DNA of 64,000 nucleotides, taken from positions 128,001 to 192,000 of the forward strand of contig CAWAKC010000007.1 in NCBI GenBank assembly GCA_963782525.1, written 5' to 3'. Source of the DNA: Candidatus Bathyarchaeota archaeon (lineage in GTDB: Archaea; Thermoproteota; Bathyarchaeia; Bathyarchaeales; Bathycorpusculaceae). The translations under genes and the position numbers were made by a program. This document shows positions 29,680-38,929 of the stretch, one piece after another. Position 1 is the stretch's first letter. Every line of letters starts with the position of its first letter. The notes below the pieces were generated by a model. The model searched no databases. It worked only from the letters and a program-made list of their open reading frames with translations, and was not told the DNA's origin.

Positions 29680-30978
29680 TCAGTGGCGTGATGCACAGAT
29701 TATGCCGCTTAGGGGTAGTTTCGATGGGCAGACGTATGAGCAGGTTCCACATGCAATGCAGTCTTTAACCCATAGTTTCTCAGCTTTTGCAAAGTCACCT
29801 TTCATGATTGCATTGTAGATCATTATCGGGTGCAGACGTACTGGACATGATTGGATGCAGTTAGAGCAGTGGATACATGCGGTTGTTGGTTGATCTGGCT
29901 TGTATTTGCTTTTGGAGAAGACGATAATGCTTGATGTCCTCTTAGTTACTGGAGCTTCGATTGTTGGAAGAGCGTTTCCCATCATGACTCCCCCGATTAC
30001 TACTTGTCGGATGTCGCTTGTATCAACTTTGTTTTGAGTTAGGATTTCGCTGATAGGGGTGCCTATTTTGACTTGCAGATTCTTTGGTTCTGCGATGTCT
30101 CCGTTGAGGGTTGTGACTCTGGAGATCAGGGGTTCACCTTCGAAGACTGCGTTTGCTATGGCGTTTATGGTTGCGACATTCTGGACTATGGTGCCCATTT
30201 CGTATGAGCGTTTGCCTGATGGAGTTTCGTATTTGAGGATTGCTTTTTGTAGTACGCTTGCATCGCCTTGTTGATATGTTAGGTGTTTTGCGATGACTTC
30301 TGTATCGGGTTCTTTGCCGAAAGCTGCTTGTAGTTTTGGTACCGCTTCGACTTTGCTGATTTTGGTTGCGACGATAACTTTGGGGTTTCCCAAAAGTTTG
30401 CGTATAACTCTAACTCCCCGCACTAAGTTTTCGGTTCTCTCTATCATTAAGCGTTCGTCTGCTGTGTCGTAGGGTTCGCCTTCTGCAGCGTTTACAATAA
30501 GGGTTTTTATTGGTTTATCTGCGGGAACAGCAAGTTTTATGCTGGTTGGGAATCCTGCACCACCTAAACCGATAATGCCTGCGTCTCGGATTCGTTTGAG
30601 GAGGACGTCGTTGGCTGTATTTTTGAGTTCAGATTCAGAGATAGGAGTTAGGGTTTTGTCTTTGGTTTTTTTGCTGTCGTTTTCGATCCAGATGGCTTCA
30701 GAGCATTCTGAGTAGCAGCTATTGTATATGTCGCCGATTTTTACGACCTTGCCAGAGATTGGGCTATGGACGGGTGCGCTTACCCGTTCTTTAGAGTCAG
30801 CTATTTTTTGTCCCATGGCTACGATGTCGCCAACAGAGACCAAGGGCTTGTTTACTGCCCCGGTGTGTTGGTAAGTTAAGACTATGGCGGTTTTTGGGTC
30901 AGGGAAAATTTCGATGGGTTTAGTTCTAGCTATGTCTTTGTGTTCTTTAATTTCAACGAGATTTGCCATTATATTCAT
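29680..30978 (-). CDS. rnfC: Rnf electron transport complex subunit C homolog
   Basis: QHTGA...VGD..MGQ, SAPVHSPISGKV, GLGGAGFPT, EPY-TAD-RLM; two [4Fe-4S] motifs CIHCSNCIQSCP and CIACGTCSYVCP. Confidence 0.85.
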   Translation of the reverse strand: MNIMANLVEIKEHKDIARTKPIEIFPDPKTAIVLTYQHTGAVNKPLVSVGDIVAMGQKIADSKERVSAPVHSPISGKVVKIGDIYNSCYSECSEAIWIENDSKKTKDKTLTPISESELKNTANDVLLKRIRDAGIIGLGGAGFPTSIKLAVPADKPIKTLIVNAAEGEPYDTADERLMIERTENLVRGVRVIRKLLGNPKVIVATKISKVEAVPKLQAAFGKEPDTEVIAKHLTYQQGDASVLQKAILKYETPSGKRSYEMGTIVQNVATINAIANAVFEGEPLISRVTTLNGDIAEPKNLQVKIGTPISEILTQNKVDTSDIRQVVIGGVMMGNALPTIEAPVTKRTSSIIVFSKSKYKPDQPTTACIHCSNCIQSCPVRLHPIMIYNAIMKGDFAKAEKLWVKDCIACGTCSYVCPSKLPLSGIICASRH

Positions 30979-32156
30979 CTCCCAAAGGGTTTGTGGATAC
31001 CTACACGATCAAGGAGTGGTACCGTCAAGTTCATGATTAGCAATGCTAGCAGAGAGCCGCCAAAGAAGTTCATATAGGTTTGTATAACTACGGTCAAGAT
31101 GCCTAAACCGACGCCGAAGATGATTTGTCCTGCGCCTGTGAAAGGAGTTGTCGCGGGGTCCGTTGCCATGAAGAAACCCAAAAAGATTGAGCTGCCGATG
31201 AAAACTTCGAAGAGCAACCTTGTTATAAGATCTGAGTCTGCGTAAGCCATTGACATTACAATAGACATCACAGCGATTGAAGCGAAATATGCGAGGGTAA
31301 CTCTCCATTTCATGTATTTGCGTGCGAGGACGAATAACGCGATGCCGACAATGATGACTAAGATGCTTGATGCACCACCGGGCCAACCGTGGAATTTCTC
31401 AAGAATCATAAGCGAGTTTAAGTCTGGAAGAGCAGTAATAGAGGGGTTAGCATAGCATGACTGAAGGTAGCTGCTGAAAGATGCTACGCCGTTGGTTCCA
31501 ATTGCTGCGGTTCCTCCGCCTATTGGACCTGCTAGTAGAGGTATGCCGATGCCGCCTACAGAGGTTGAAGCAAAGTGTTCTTTAGGTAACAGAAGGGTGG
31601 CAACGAAGGGAAGCAGCAGGAGGAATTTTGCGGCTGCAGCGGGGTTAACGATTTTTCGTCCAGCTACGCCTCCAACTACTTTTTTGAAGAGAACTTGGCC
31701 GACTAGCGATATAATTGCAATGAAAACAAAAGCGTTAGGTGCTGTTAAGGTGGCAACAGGCATGACGTCTCCAGTACCCATAGCCATAGCAGGGACACCA
31801 AGTGAAAATGAAAGCGTGACGATTAAGCCGAAAACAGCTGAGGACCAATAGTTCTTTTCGCTGTCTGAGACGATTTTGTGGAACAAAGCATCTATTCCTA
31901 AGGCTACTCCGATAGCAATGAGGGCGTTGATAAGCAGTTCAACGCCAAGCGACATTTGCCAGACGCCCTTGAGCGAGCTGTAAGTGGTTAATTGTGCGTT
32001 TGTGGGGGTGGTAACAGGAAACCAGAGAATGGCGGTTACGACAGTGATTACCAAAAGAGCTACAAAAGTGTATTGCATCAGACGGGTTTTGGACATTGCA
32101 CCAGTTATGTGTGGAGCAGATTTGACAACTAGTTCATTAGTAGATTCATTACTCAT
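30975..32156 (-). CDS. rnfD: Rnf/Nqr subunit D homolog
   Basis: SAPHI N-terminus, K-V-GG..G-KIVNPAAA, FFMATDPATTP, LLIMNLTVPLLDR...PFG; ATGA overlap with rnfC. Confidence 0.82.
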   Translation of the reverse strand: MSNESTNELVVKSAPHITGAMSKTRLMQYTFVALLVITVVTAILWFPVTTPTNAQLTTYSSLKGVWQMSLGVELLINALIAIGVALGIDALFHKIVSDSEKNYWSSAVFGLIVTLSFSLGVPAMAMGTGDVMPVATLTAPNAFVFIAIISLVGQVLFKKVVGGVAGRKIVNPAAAAKFLLLLPFVATLLLPKEHFASTSVGGIGIPLLAGPIGGGTAAIGTNGVASFSSYLQSCYANPSITALPDLNSLMILEKFHGWPGGASSILVIIVGIALFVLARKYMKWRVTLAYFASIAVMSIVMSMAYADSDLITRLLFEVFIGSSIFLGFFMATDPATTPFTGAGQIIFGVGLGILTVVIQTYMNFFGGSLLALLIMNLTVPLLDRVGIHKPFGR

Positions 32157-32379
32157 TTTCGATAACCTTCTTTAAACGAAGAGGTTTATTTCGGTTTAGG
32201 CTATTAAGCTTTTTCGCAAAGCAACATTTAGTTAATATCGCTTTTTTTCCAATCTTTACCCAGCTTATCTAACGATTTAGATCGCAGAAGATTTTGCGCG
32301 CTAATTTGCAAGGAACAAAAACGGTTCGTTGGGGTAAAGCATAAACCGCCAAACGCAAACTATATTTTGCAGTGGTAGA

Positions 32380-32832
32380 GTGACTGACGCCGAAAACCAA
32401 GAACTTCAAGGAATAACATTAAAGGTCTACTTGTATGCCGTCAAAAAAGGCAAGCCCGTTGGACCAAGAGATGTAATGAAGGGAACCAACCTCACTAGCC
32501 CCAGTGTCGCTTATCGGCACCTGCAGAAACTTGAAGACTTAGGCTATCTGCAGAAAAATGAGTTTGGAGAATACAAAGTTGACAAAAAAGGTCAGATTAG
32601 GGGTTATGTTTGGTTTGGTCGACGTTTATTGCCGAAAATGTGGCTTTATTCTCTGATTTTCACTGTTATTTTGGCTGTGGAAATCTTTGTGTTGATTTTA
32701 CATTTTAGAGTAGAAACCTACGAATTCAAAGTTTTCTTCCTTCTTTTGATGCTTGTAACTGGGTTGGCGCTTGCTGTTTTCACCTTGGAAGGCTTTTTGC
32801 AGAACAGACGTAAAATCACCGCAAAAGAATAA
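32380..32832 (+). CDS. Winged-helix DNA-binding protein with two C-terminal TM helices
   Basis: PVGPRDVMKGTNLTSPSVAYRHLQKLEDLGYLQKNEFGEY HTH/wing; two hydrophobic segments. Confidence 0.75.
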   Translation: MTDAENQELQGITLKVYLYAVKKGKPVGPRDVMKGTNLTSPSVAYRHLQKLEDLGYLQKNEFGEYKVDKKGQIRGYVWFGRRLLPKMWLYSLIFTVILAVEIFVLILHFRVETYEFKVFFLLLMLVTGLALAVFTLEGFLQNRRKITAKE

Positions 32833-32937
32833 TTATTTTGATTCATAATTTTGCTGTGTCTGCAGTTTTTGTGAAAAAGCGAAAAACGAGTTTTTAAGGG
32901 GAAGTTTTATATCGCTTTACCAAATCTATTCTCCCCT

Positions 32938-34062
32938 GTGAATTCAATGAGTTCAATGAATCCAATCACAGCCCCCCTGTTTATGGTTGTTTGGCGGTGT
33001 ACCCGCAACTGTGTGGGCACTTGCACATACTGTAGTTACATCAAAGATTACGCTAAAGATCAAGAGCTGAACACTGCACAAGCTAAACATATGGTTGATG
33101 AAATGGCAGAGTTCGGTTCACAATGGTTTGGAATCAGCGGCGGAGAACCCTTGGTTCGACCTGACATTTGGGAAATTATCGAGTACGCAGAGAAGCAACA
33201 CGGCATGAAAGTCAGCTTGATTACAAGCGGCTTTGCATGGGATGAAGAACGCTTCAACAAACTAACAAAGTATGAAGTTCACACAGCCATCAGCATCGAC
33301 GGGAACAGAGAAACAAACGATATGATTCGCCGAAAAGGCGGCTACGACAAAGCCATCCACGCCATGGAAAAACTTAGCAGCGTTGGCTTACTCGACTGCT
33401 TAGTTACAACCATGACTAAGCACAACATTAAACAGATGGCTCATCCAGCGATGTTGGCGGAAAAATACAAAGCCCGAATGATGGTTTACCATAACCTTGT
33501 ACCAGTAGGTAGAGCAGGTGAAAACATGGAGGAGTTAGCCCCGACAGCCGACCAGTACGAGGAAGCATTCAACGAAATCTACGACATCCAAAGAAAACTC
33601 TACGGCACAGTCAAAGTCAACGTTTACGCACCATTCTATGCTCGCATCGTACGCCAAAAGAATCCAACAGACTTCTGGCAATGGTACAACGAAGGGTACC
33701 TTGGAAAATGCACCATCGGCGGCAACTACATCGGCATCACCGAAAATGGCGACTACCGAAGCTGCGGATTCCACGAAGGCTACCGAGTTGGCAACGTCAA
33801 AGACAAAAAATTAAGCACCGCATGGGCAGAACTACAGAAGAGCGAACTACACCTTAAACTACGCGACAAAAGCAACCTCAAAGGCAGATGCGGAGTCTGC
33901 GAATACCGAGAAATCTGCGGCGGATGCAGAACACGAGCAGAATACTACACTGGCGACCTCTTCGAATCAGACCCAGCATGCAACTACATACCCAAAGTAC
34001 TACGCGAAGACCCTAAAGCCCTCGAAGCACTACGCAAAAACCCAATGGGAAAAGTACAATAA
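32938..34062 (+). CDS. Radical SAM/SPASM protein, AhbC/AhbD/NirJ-like (paralog of 17003..18079)
   Basis: CTRNCVGTCTYC, SGGEPL, SIDG, LVPVGRA, GRCGVCEYREICGGCRTRA...DPAC. Confidence 0.88.
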   Translation: MNSMSSMNPITAPLFMVVWRCTRNCVGTCTYCSYIKDYAKDQELNTAQAKHMVDEMAEFGSQWFGISGGEPLVRPDIWEIIEYAEKQHGMKVSLITSGFAWDEERFNKLTKYEVHTAISIDGNRETNDMIRRKGGYDKAIHAMEKLSSVGLLDCLVTTMTKHNIKQMAHPAMLAEKYKARMMVYHNLVPVGRAGENMEELAPTADQYEEAFNEIYDIQRKLYGTVKVNVYAPFYARIVRQKNPTDFWQWYNEGYLGKCTIGGNYIGITENGDYRSCGFHEGYRVGNVKDKKLSTAWAELQKSELHLKLRDKSNLKGRCGVCEYREICGGCRTRAEYYTGDLFESDPACNYIPKVLREDPKALEALRKNPMGKVQ

Positions 34063-34212
34063 ACCAACTCAATTTCTTTACCCAATTTAAACCTCTTTTT
34101 AACTAAAAACGATTCTAAGGAAAGAGCAAAATAAGACCTCAAGAACCAGTTTTCAGAGTTTAGGTTTTTTACCAAAAACCGGCGGTGCATACGACGGCAG
34201 ACATGGCCCAGA

Positions 34213-34447
34213 ACTTGTGGTTCCACAAAAAAACTTCAACATACCCCACACCCACAACCAGCAAAACCAACATACTTGTGGAGAAAAAACCCTCACACCA
34301 CAACCCAACAGCAACCAAAAAACAACCCAAACCAAAAAAGCAAACAAAACCAAAGCCACAAGTGTAGTGTGGCATTTTTAGCCCACCACACCCACATAAA
34401 ACAAAAAAACAGCATGCAACTAAAAATGAGTTCAGACATGCACAAGT
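34213..34447. repeat. A/C-rich intergenic tract with repeated CCACA / ACTTGTGG elements
   Basis: ACTTGTGG at 34213 and 34274, CCACAAGT at 34356, CACAAGT at 34441; CCACACCCACA at 34246 and 34386. Confidence 0.55.
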
Positions 34448-34483
34448 AGAAAGGTTATTATTTCTAACAAGTTCACACGTACA

Positions 34484-35260
34484 TTGGAGAATATAATCGT
34501 GCCTTTAGCATTTATTATTGGAACAGCTGGTTCTGGCAAATCTCTTTTTACTGCCGCGTTTGCGGAGTGGCTTAAGATGAGCAAGCAAGATGTTGCGGTG
34601 GTCAACTTGGACCCTGGTGCGTTGAAACTGCCTTATCAACCCGACGTGGATGTCCGCAACTACGTAGAAGTCGGCGATATAATGGAGAAATACGGTTTAG
34701 GTCCAAACGGCGCTTTGGTTATGGCTGCTGACTTAATTGCTGACGAAATAGAAAATTTAACCCGTGACATCGATGAAGCCCACGCCGACATCGTCTTGGT
34801 GGACACGCCTGGGCAGATGGAGTTGTTTGCTTTCCGTGCAAGCGGACCATACATTGTCAACGAATTAACCAAAGAACCCAAAGCACTAATCTACCTCTTC
34901 GACGCAGTTTTCTCCATTAACCCGCTTAACTATGTTTCAAACATGTTCTTGGCAGCGGCAGTCTACAACAGGTTCTTCCAACCTCAGGTTCATCTGCTTT
35001 CAAAAAGCGATTTAATTCCCAAGAAAGATGTGCAAGCAATAGCGAATTGGTCCGCAAACACCAATGCACTCGAAGATGCGATTGAAGAGAAACTTGAGGG
35101 AACAAAACGGCTCTTTAGCCGCAACATGATGCAGGCAATCACCAAGCTGGGCTTACAATTCCATTTGATGCCTATTTCCTCCAAATCGAACGAGGGCATG
35201 GTCAACGTTAACACATTGCTCGAACGTATCCTAAACGAAGGAGAAAAATACACAACTTAA
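34484..35260 (+). CDS. GPN-loop GTPase (archaeal/eukaryotic family)
   Basis: GTAGSGKS, NLDPG, LGPNGAL, DTPGQMELF, SKSD. Confidence 0.92.
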   Translation: MENIIVPLAFIIGTAGSGKSLFTAAFAEWLKMSKQDVAVVNLDPGALKLPYQPDVDVRNYVEVGDIMEKYGLGPNGALVMAADLIADEIENLTRDIDEAHADIVLVDTPGQMELFAFRASGPYIVNELTKEPKALIYLFDAVFSINPLNYVSNMFLAAAVYNRFFQPQVHLLSKSDLIPKKDVQAIANWSANTNALEDAIEEKLEGTKRLFSRNMMQAITKLGLQFHLMPISSKSNEGMVNVNTLLERILNEGEKYTT

Positions 35261-35892
35261 GCAGCGATTAGTGACCAACTTGCGGCGAAGGCTCCACGTT
35301 TAGCCTTTAATAGTGAGTCGGAGCCTGCGATGATGATTACGTCATTGTCTAGAGGCTTCAACTTCTCAACAAGTAGGTTTGCAGCTTTAGAGTACTGTTG
35401 CTCGATGCAATCGCTGACAGATTCGATTCTTAAGTGACCATCCTTAACAACGATGACCAACGCTTTCCGTGCCCCAGCAATTATGGCTGCATCACGCTGG
35501 TCAATACCCGACCCAACTTTTTCTCCGCTATTTTTCACCAAGAACGCAAAATTAAACTCTGACCCAGCTAACTCTGATTTTGGAATTTCGATTCGTTTCG
35601 GGAAGATTTCTTCGAATTGCCCCCAAACCTCCAAGCCCTTTTTGGTGAGGTTGCAGCCTTCTTTGGACGTTTCAACTAAACCAGCATCCACGAGCCTACT
35701 GATAATCGTGCGCACTGCCCCATCGCCAACATTCAGCTTTTCCGCCAATTTGTTCCTACCCAAAGGTTTCTGCGATAGCAACTCCAAAGCGTAGAAAACG
35801 TGGAATATTGTGAAGCTGGTTGAGGGCCCGGGAGCTTTTTTTCCAGCAATTTGCTGCATAAACTTCTTGAAAGATACCGCCATATTTTGCAC
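35257..35892 (-). CDS. Archaeal wHTH protein, DUF4443-like
   Basis: GPSTSF, LGRNKLAEKLNVGDGAVRTI, GC-LTKKG, GIDQRDAAIIAGA. Confidence 0.75.
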   Translation of the reverse strand: MQNMAVSFKKFMQQIAGKKAPGPSTSFTIFHVFYALELLSQKPLGRNKLAEKLNVGDGAVRTIISRLVDAGLVETSKEGCNLTKKGLEVWGQFEEIFPKRIEIPKSELAGSEFNFAFLVKNSGEKVGSGIDQRDAAIIAGARKALVIVVKDGHLRIESVSDCIEQQYSKAANLLVEKLKPLDNDVIIIAGSDSLLKAKRGAFAASWSLIAA

Positions 35893-35943
35893 TGCTTTAG
35901 TTAAGCGCGGCTGGGTTTTTATAATTTATCAAACTAAACCATG

Positions 35944-36321
35944 TTAGTCCTTGTAAGCGATAACAGAAACCTCGACTAAAGCATCGGATTTGAGTTCTGC
36001 ACCAACTGTGGCTCGAGCGGGATAGTCGGTTTCAAAGTATTTGGCATATTCCCAATTAAACTCTTCAAACAGCGACATTGAAGATAGGTAAACGGTGGAT
36101 TGGACTACATCTTTTAGGCTATAGCCAGCAGCTTCCAAAATCGATTTAACATTCTCCATAACTTGATTAGTCTGAGCTTTGAGATCTTTGGCAACTATTT
36201 TTCCTTCTTTGGGGGCAATGGCTAATTGTCCAGAAACAAACAGGAAATTACCCGCTTGCACCGCTTGGCTGTAGGGGCCAATCGGTTTTGGCGCGTTTTG
36301 AGTTATGACGGTTTTTTTCAT
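35944..36321 (-). CDS. ridA: RidA/YjgF family imine deaminase
   Basis: [32 protein letters not shown]. Confidence 0.9.
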   Translation of the reverse strand: MKKTVITQNAPKPIGPYSQAVQAGNFLFVSGQLAIAPKEGKIVAKDLKAQTNQVMENVKSILEAAGYSLKDVVQSTVYLSSMSLFEEFNWEYAKYFETDYPARATVGAELKSDALVEVSVIAYKD

Positions 36322-36481
36322 TCTATCCCTCTGGTTTCTCTGTTATTTTGAGTTAAAATGGCTTATGCAAACCCGCATTAACCTTATTTCTTATGGATTA
36401 ACTCGGGAATTTGTCGAAAGGCTTTTAAGAAAAACGCAGAGTTACTATGGCTATCACACGATTGAACAGAAGAGAAATTCC

Positions 36482-37660
36482 ATGAAAAAAAACGGAAAAT
36501 ATTTGTTCACATCTGAATCAGTTGGAGAAGGTCACCCAGACAAAGTTGCAGACCAAATATCCGACAGTGTTTTAGATGCAATATTTACAAGCGACCCCAA
36601 AGCAAGAGTTGACTGCGAAACTCTCGTCATGCAGGGAACCGTAATGATTACGGGTCAAATCACCACTTGCTCATACGTCAACATCCCAAAAATTGTACGC
36701 CAAACACTCAAAGAAATCGGCTTCGACAACGCAAAAGACGGCTTAGATTGGGAAACATGCGGCGTTCTAGTTTCATTAACTGAGCAGTCCCCAGACATTT
36801 CCATGGGAGTTACTGAATCTAAAGGTCACGAGCAAGGAGCTGGCGACCAAGGAATGGTTTTCGGCTACGCATCCAACGAGACAAAAGAACTTATGCCCCT
36901 GCCAATTATGCTGGCGCATAAACTTGTTAGACGCTTAGCAGAATGCAGAAAAACAGGCATCATGCCCTACTTGCGCCCTGACTGCAAATCCCAAGTTACA
37001 GTTGAATACGACTGTTGCAAACCAAAATGCGTGAAAACCGTAGTTATTGCTGCACAAAACAATGGAAAAGTCGATGAAAAAACCCTCAAGAGCGATATCA
37101 TCGAGAAAGTAATAAAAAATGTTATACCCGCAGACATGATGGCACCTGACATAAACTATGTCATCAACGGCACAGGCAGATTCGTCATCGGCGGAACCTT
37201 AGCAGACTCGGGTTTAACTGGCAGGAAAATCATCGTTGACACTTACGGTGGAGTTGGAAGCCACGGCGGCGGATGCTTCAGCGGCAAAGACCCCTCAAAA
37301 GTTGATCGTTCAGGCTGCTACATGGCAAGATACATCGCTAAAAATGTCGTTGCCTCAGGTTTAGCTGATCAATGTGAAATACAAATCAGCTATGCCATTG
37401 GAGTTGCCAAACCCATCTCAGTACTCGTAAACACCAACGAAACAGGCAAAATCTCTGACGAGAAAATCTTAGAACTCGTCAACAAATACTTTGACATGAG
37501 ACCTAAAGCAATCATCGACCAACTAAACCTGCTAAGACCCATCTACAAGAAAACAGCGGTTTTCGGCCACTTCGGAAGAGAAGAGGTTGATTTTCCATGG
37601 GAAAAGACCGATAAGGCTGATCAGCTCAAAAAAGAGCTTGAGAAAGCCAAAAAAGCCTGA
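36482..37660 (+). CDS. metK: S-adenosylmethionine synthetase, bacterial/eukaryotic type
   Basis: [56 protein letters not shown]; start re-assigned to ATG 36482. Confidence 0.95.
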   Translation: MKKNGKYLFTSESVGEGHPDKVADQISDSVLDAIFTSDPKARVDCETLVMQGTVMITGQITTCSYVNIPKIVRQTLKEIGFDNAKDGLDWETCGVLVSLTEQSPDISMGVTESKGHEQGAGDQGMVFGYASNETKELMPLPIMLAHKLVRRLAECRKTGIMPYLRPDCKSQVTVEYDCCKPKCVKTVVIAAQNNGKVDEKTLKSDIIEKVIKNVIPADMMAPDINYVINGTGRFVIGGTLADSGLTGRKIIVDTYGGVGSHGGGCFSGKDPSKVDRSGCYMARYIAKNVVASGLADQCEIQISYAIGVAKPISVLVNTNETGKISDEKILELVNKYFDMRPKAIIDQLNLLRPIYKKTAVFGHFGREEVDFPWEKTDKADQLKKELEKAKKA

Positions 37661-37706
37661 TTTTTTTATTTTAATTTTTTTTTATTATTTTTGCGCTTGT
37701 GATCTT

Positions 37707-38870
37707 TTATGGTGCGTTTAGAGAGGGCGCCATTTCTGGCGGCGTAGGTTGAGTCAAGGATTGTTTTGTATGGCGAGTTTTGAAAAGCACCACTATAAGC
37801 GATATAATTGATAACACCAAAGCAGCGATTAACAAAACCAAGTACGTAGGCATGATTACAACGCTTGTTTGAGCGCTCGTTGCACCATTATAATTTCGGT
37901 TTCCCTGCCAAGTCGCTTGGATGGCGACTAAACCGTCCATTGTTGGTGCCCAATTGTACTCAAACCGGCCATCCGCTTGAGTTAACACCGTCCCAACAGT
38001 CGTCCAACCGCTACCATTAATTTCCGTGTGCAAGGTCACATTTTCGTTTGCAACTTGTGGCAGGATTTGGCCGCTTAAAGTGACGTTGTTGTTTTCGAGC
38101 AAAAGTGGCGGAAAAATTTGCAGCGACAAACTGCTCTCGTCAAGTTCCCTCCGACTTGCTGAAACTTGTCCAACAGATGTTTGCTCCATGTTTTCAAGCG
38201 GTATCACCTGGGATGAAATGTTCTGGTATTGGCTGGGGGTTTCGCCGATTCGCCAGCCAGTTCGCCATCCGTTACCTGTACATTCGCCTATGTAATAGGA
38301 GACACCTTGATAGTTGATACTGTAGGTTCCAACCCTTGCCTCTGTCGGAGCACTGCCAAGGTCCACTCCAATTTCCATGTGCTCTTGGGCTTTATAGTAG
38401 AGGAGCACTGTTGGGATTCCACCTGCTTCCAAAATCGAAGCAGCAATGTAAGCAAAGAGGTCACAATCCCCATAACCATTAACCAAAGTTTCAACCGGAT
38501 ACCTGCCTGGAATGACTTCTCGGTAAGTTATTTGGTGCACCAACATCAAAACGCCGTTGGTGAAATCTTCAGTATTGTTGTAAATCTGCCAGAGTTCATC
38601 GGCTATGGGTTTTAGAGTGTTGGGAGTGATGAATTTGGCAAAATCCCCGTTTGAATATAGGGTATGGCTTTGCATTGTGTAGTATTGGTAGAGGGCTTGA
38701 GGGATGGTTACGTTTAACTCGTATGTTAAGCCGCCGTCTGGATGATTGTACAAAAGAAAAGAAACAGTATAATCCGTTGTTTGCGCCTGAGTTTGGCTTA
38801 GCGACGCTAAAGAAAGAATAAACACTACGATTACCGCTACACTTACTGCTTTAAAGTAAGTCCTTCCCAT
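37707..38870 (-). CDS. Secreted, membrane-anchored transglutaminase-like protein with an Ig-like domain
   Basis: Signal peptide; YPVETL...GDCDLFA (Cys), EHMEIGV (His), YYIGECT; C-terminal TM. Confidence 0.75.
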   Translation of the reverse strand: MGRTYFKAVSVAVIVVFILSLASLSQTQAQTTDYTVSFLLYNHPDGGLTYELNVTIPQALYQYYTMQSHTLYSNGDFAKFITPNTLKPIADELWQIYNNTEDFTNGVLMLVHQITYREVIPGRYPVETLVNGYGDCDLFAYIAASILEAGGIPTVLLYYKAQEHMEIGVDLGSAPTEARVGTYSINYQGVSYYIGECTGNGWRTGWRIGETPSQYQNISSQVIPLENMEQTSVGQVSASRRELDESSLSLQIFPPLLLENNNVTLSGQILPQVANENVTLHTEINGSGWTTVGTVLTQADGRFEYNWAPTMDGLVAIQATWQGNRNYNGATSAQTSVVIMPTYLVLLIAALVLSIISLIVVLFKTRHTKQSLTQPTPPEMAPSLNAP

Positions 38871-38929
38871 GATAGTATAGCCAACATGTATTCTCGAAGC
38901 AATAATTCTCTTAAATGGTTATTCCCAAA

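Noticed and set aside
34153-34375. Small hydrophobic or Lys/Pro-rich ORFs as RiPP precursors for the adjacent SPASM enzyme; also a CRISPR-like array
   Set aside because: The ORFs arise on both strands from low-complexity A/C-rich DNA. The repeats are 5-11 nt and irregularly spaced, with no repeat-spacer periodicity.
36305-36481. 59-aa N-terminal extension of MetK, or a SAM riboswitch
   Set aside because: The extension overlaps ridA and MetK homology starts at 36482. No SAM-riboswitch consensus is recognisable in the short divergent promoter.
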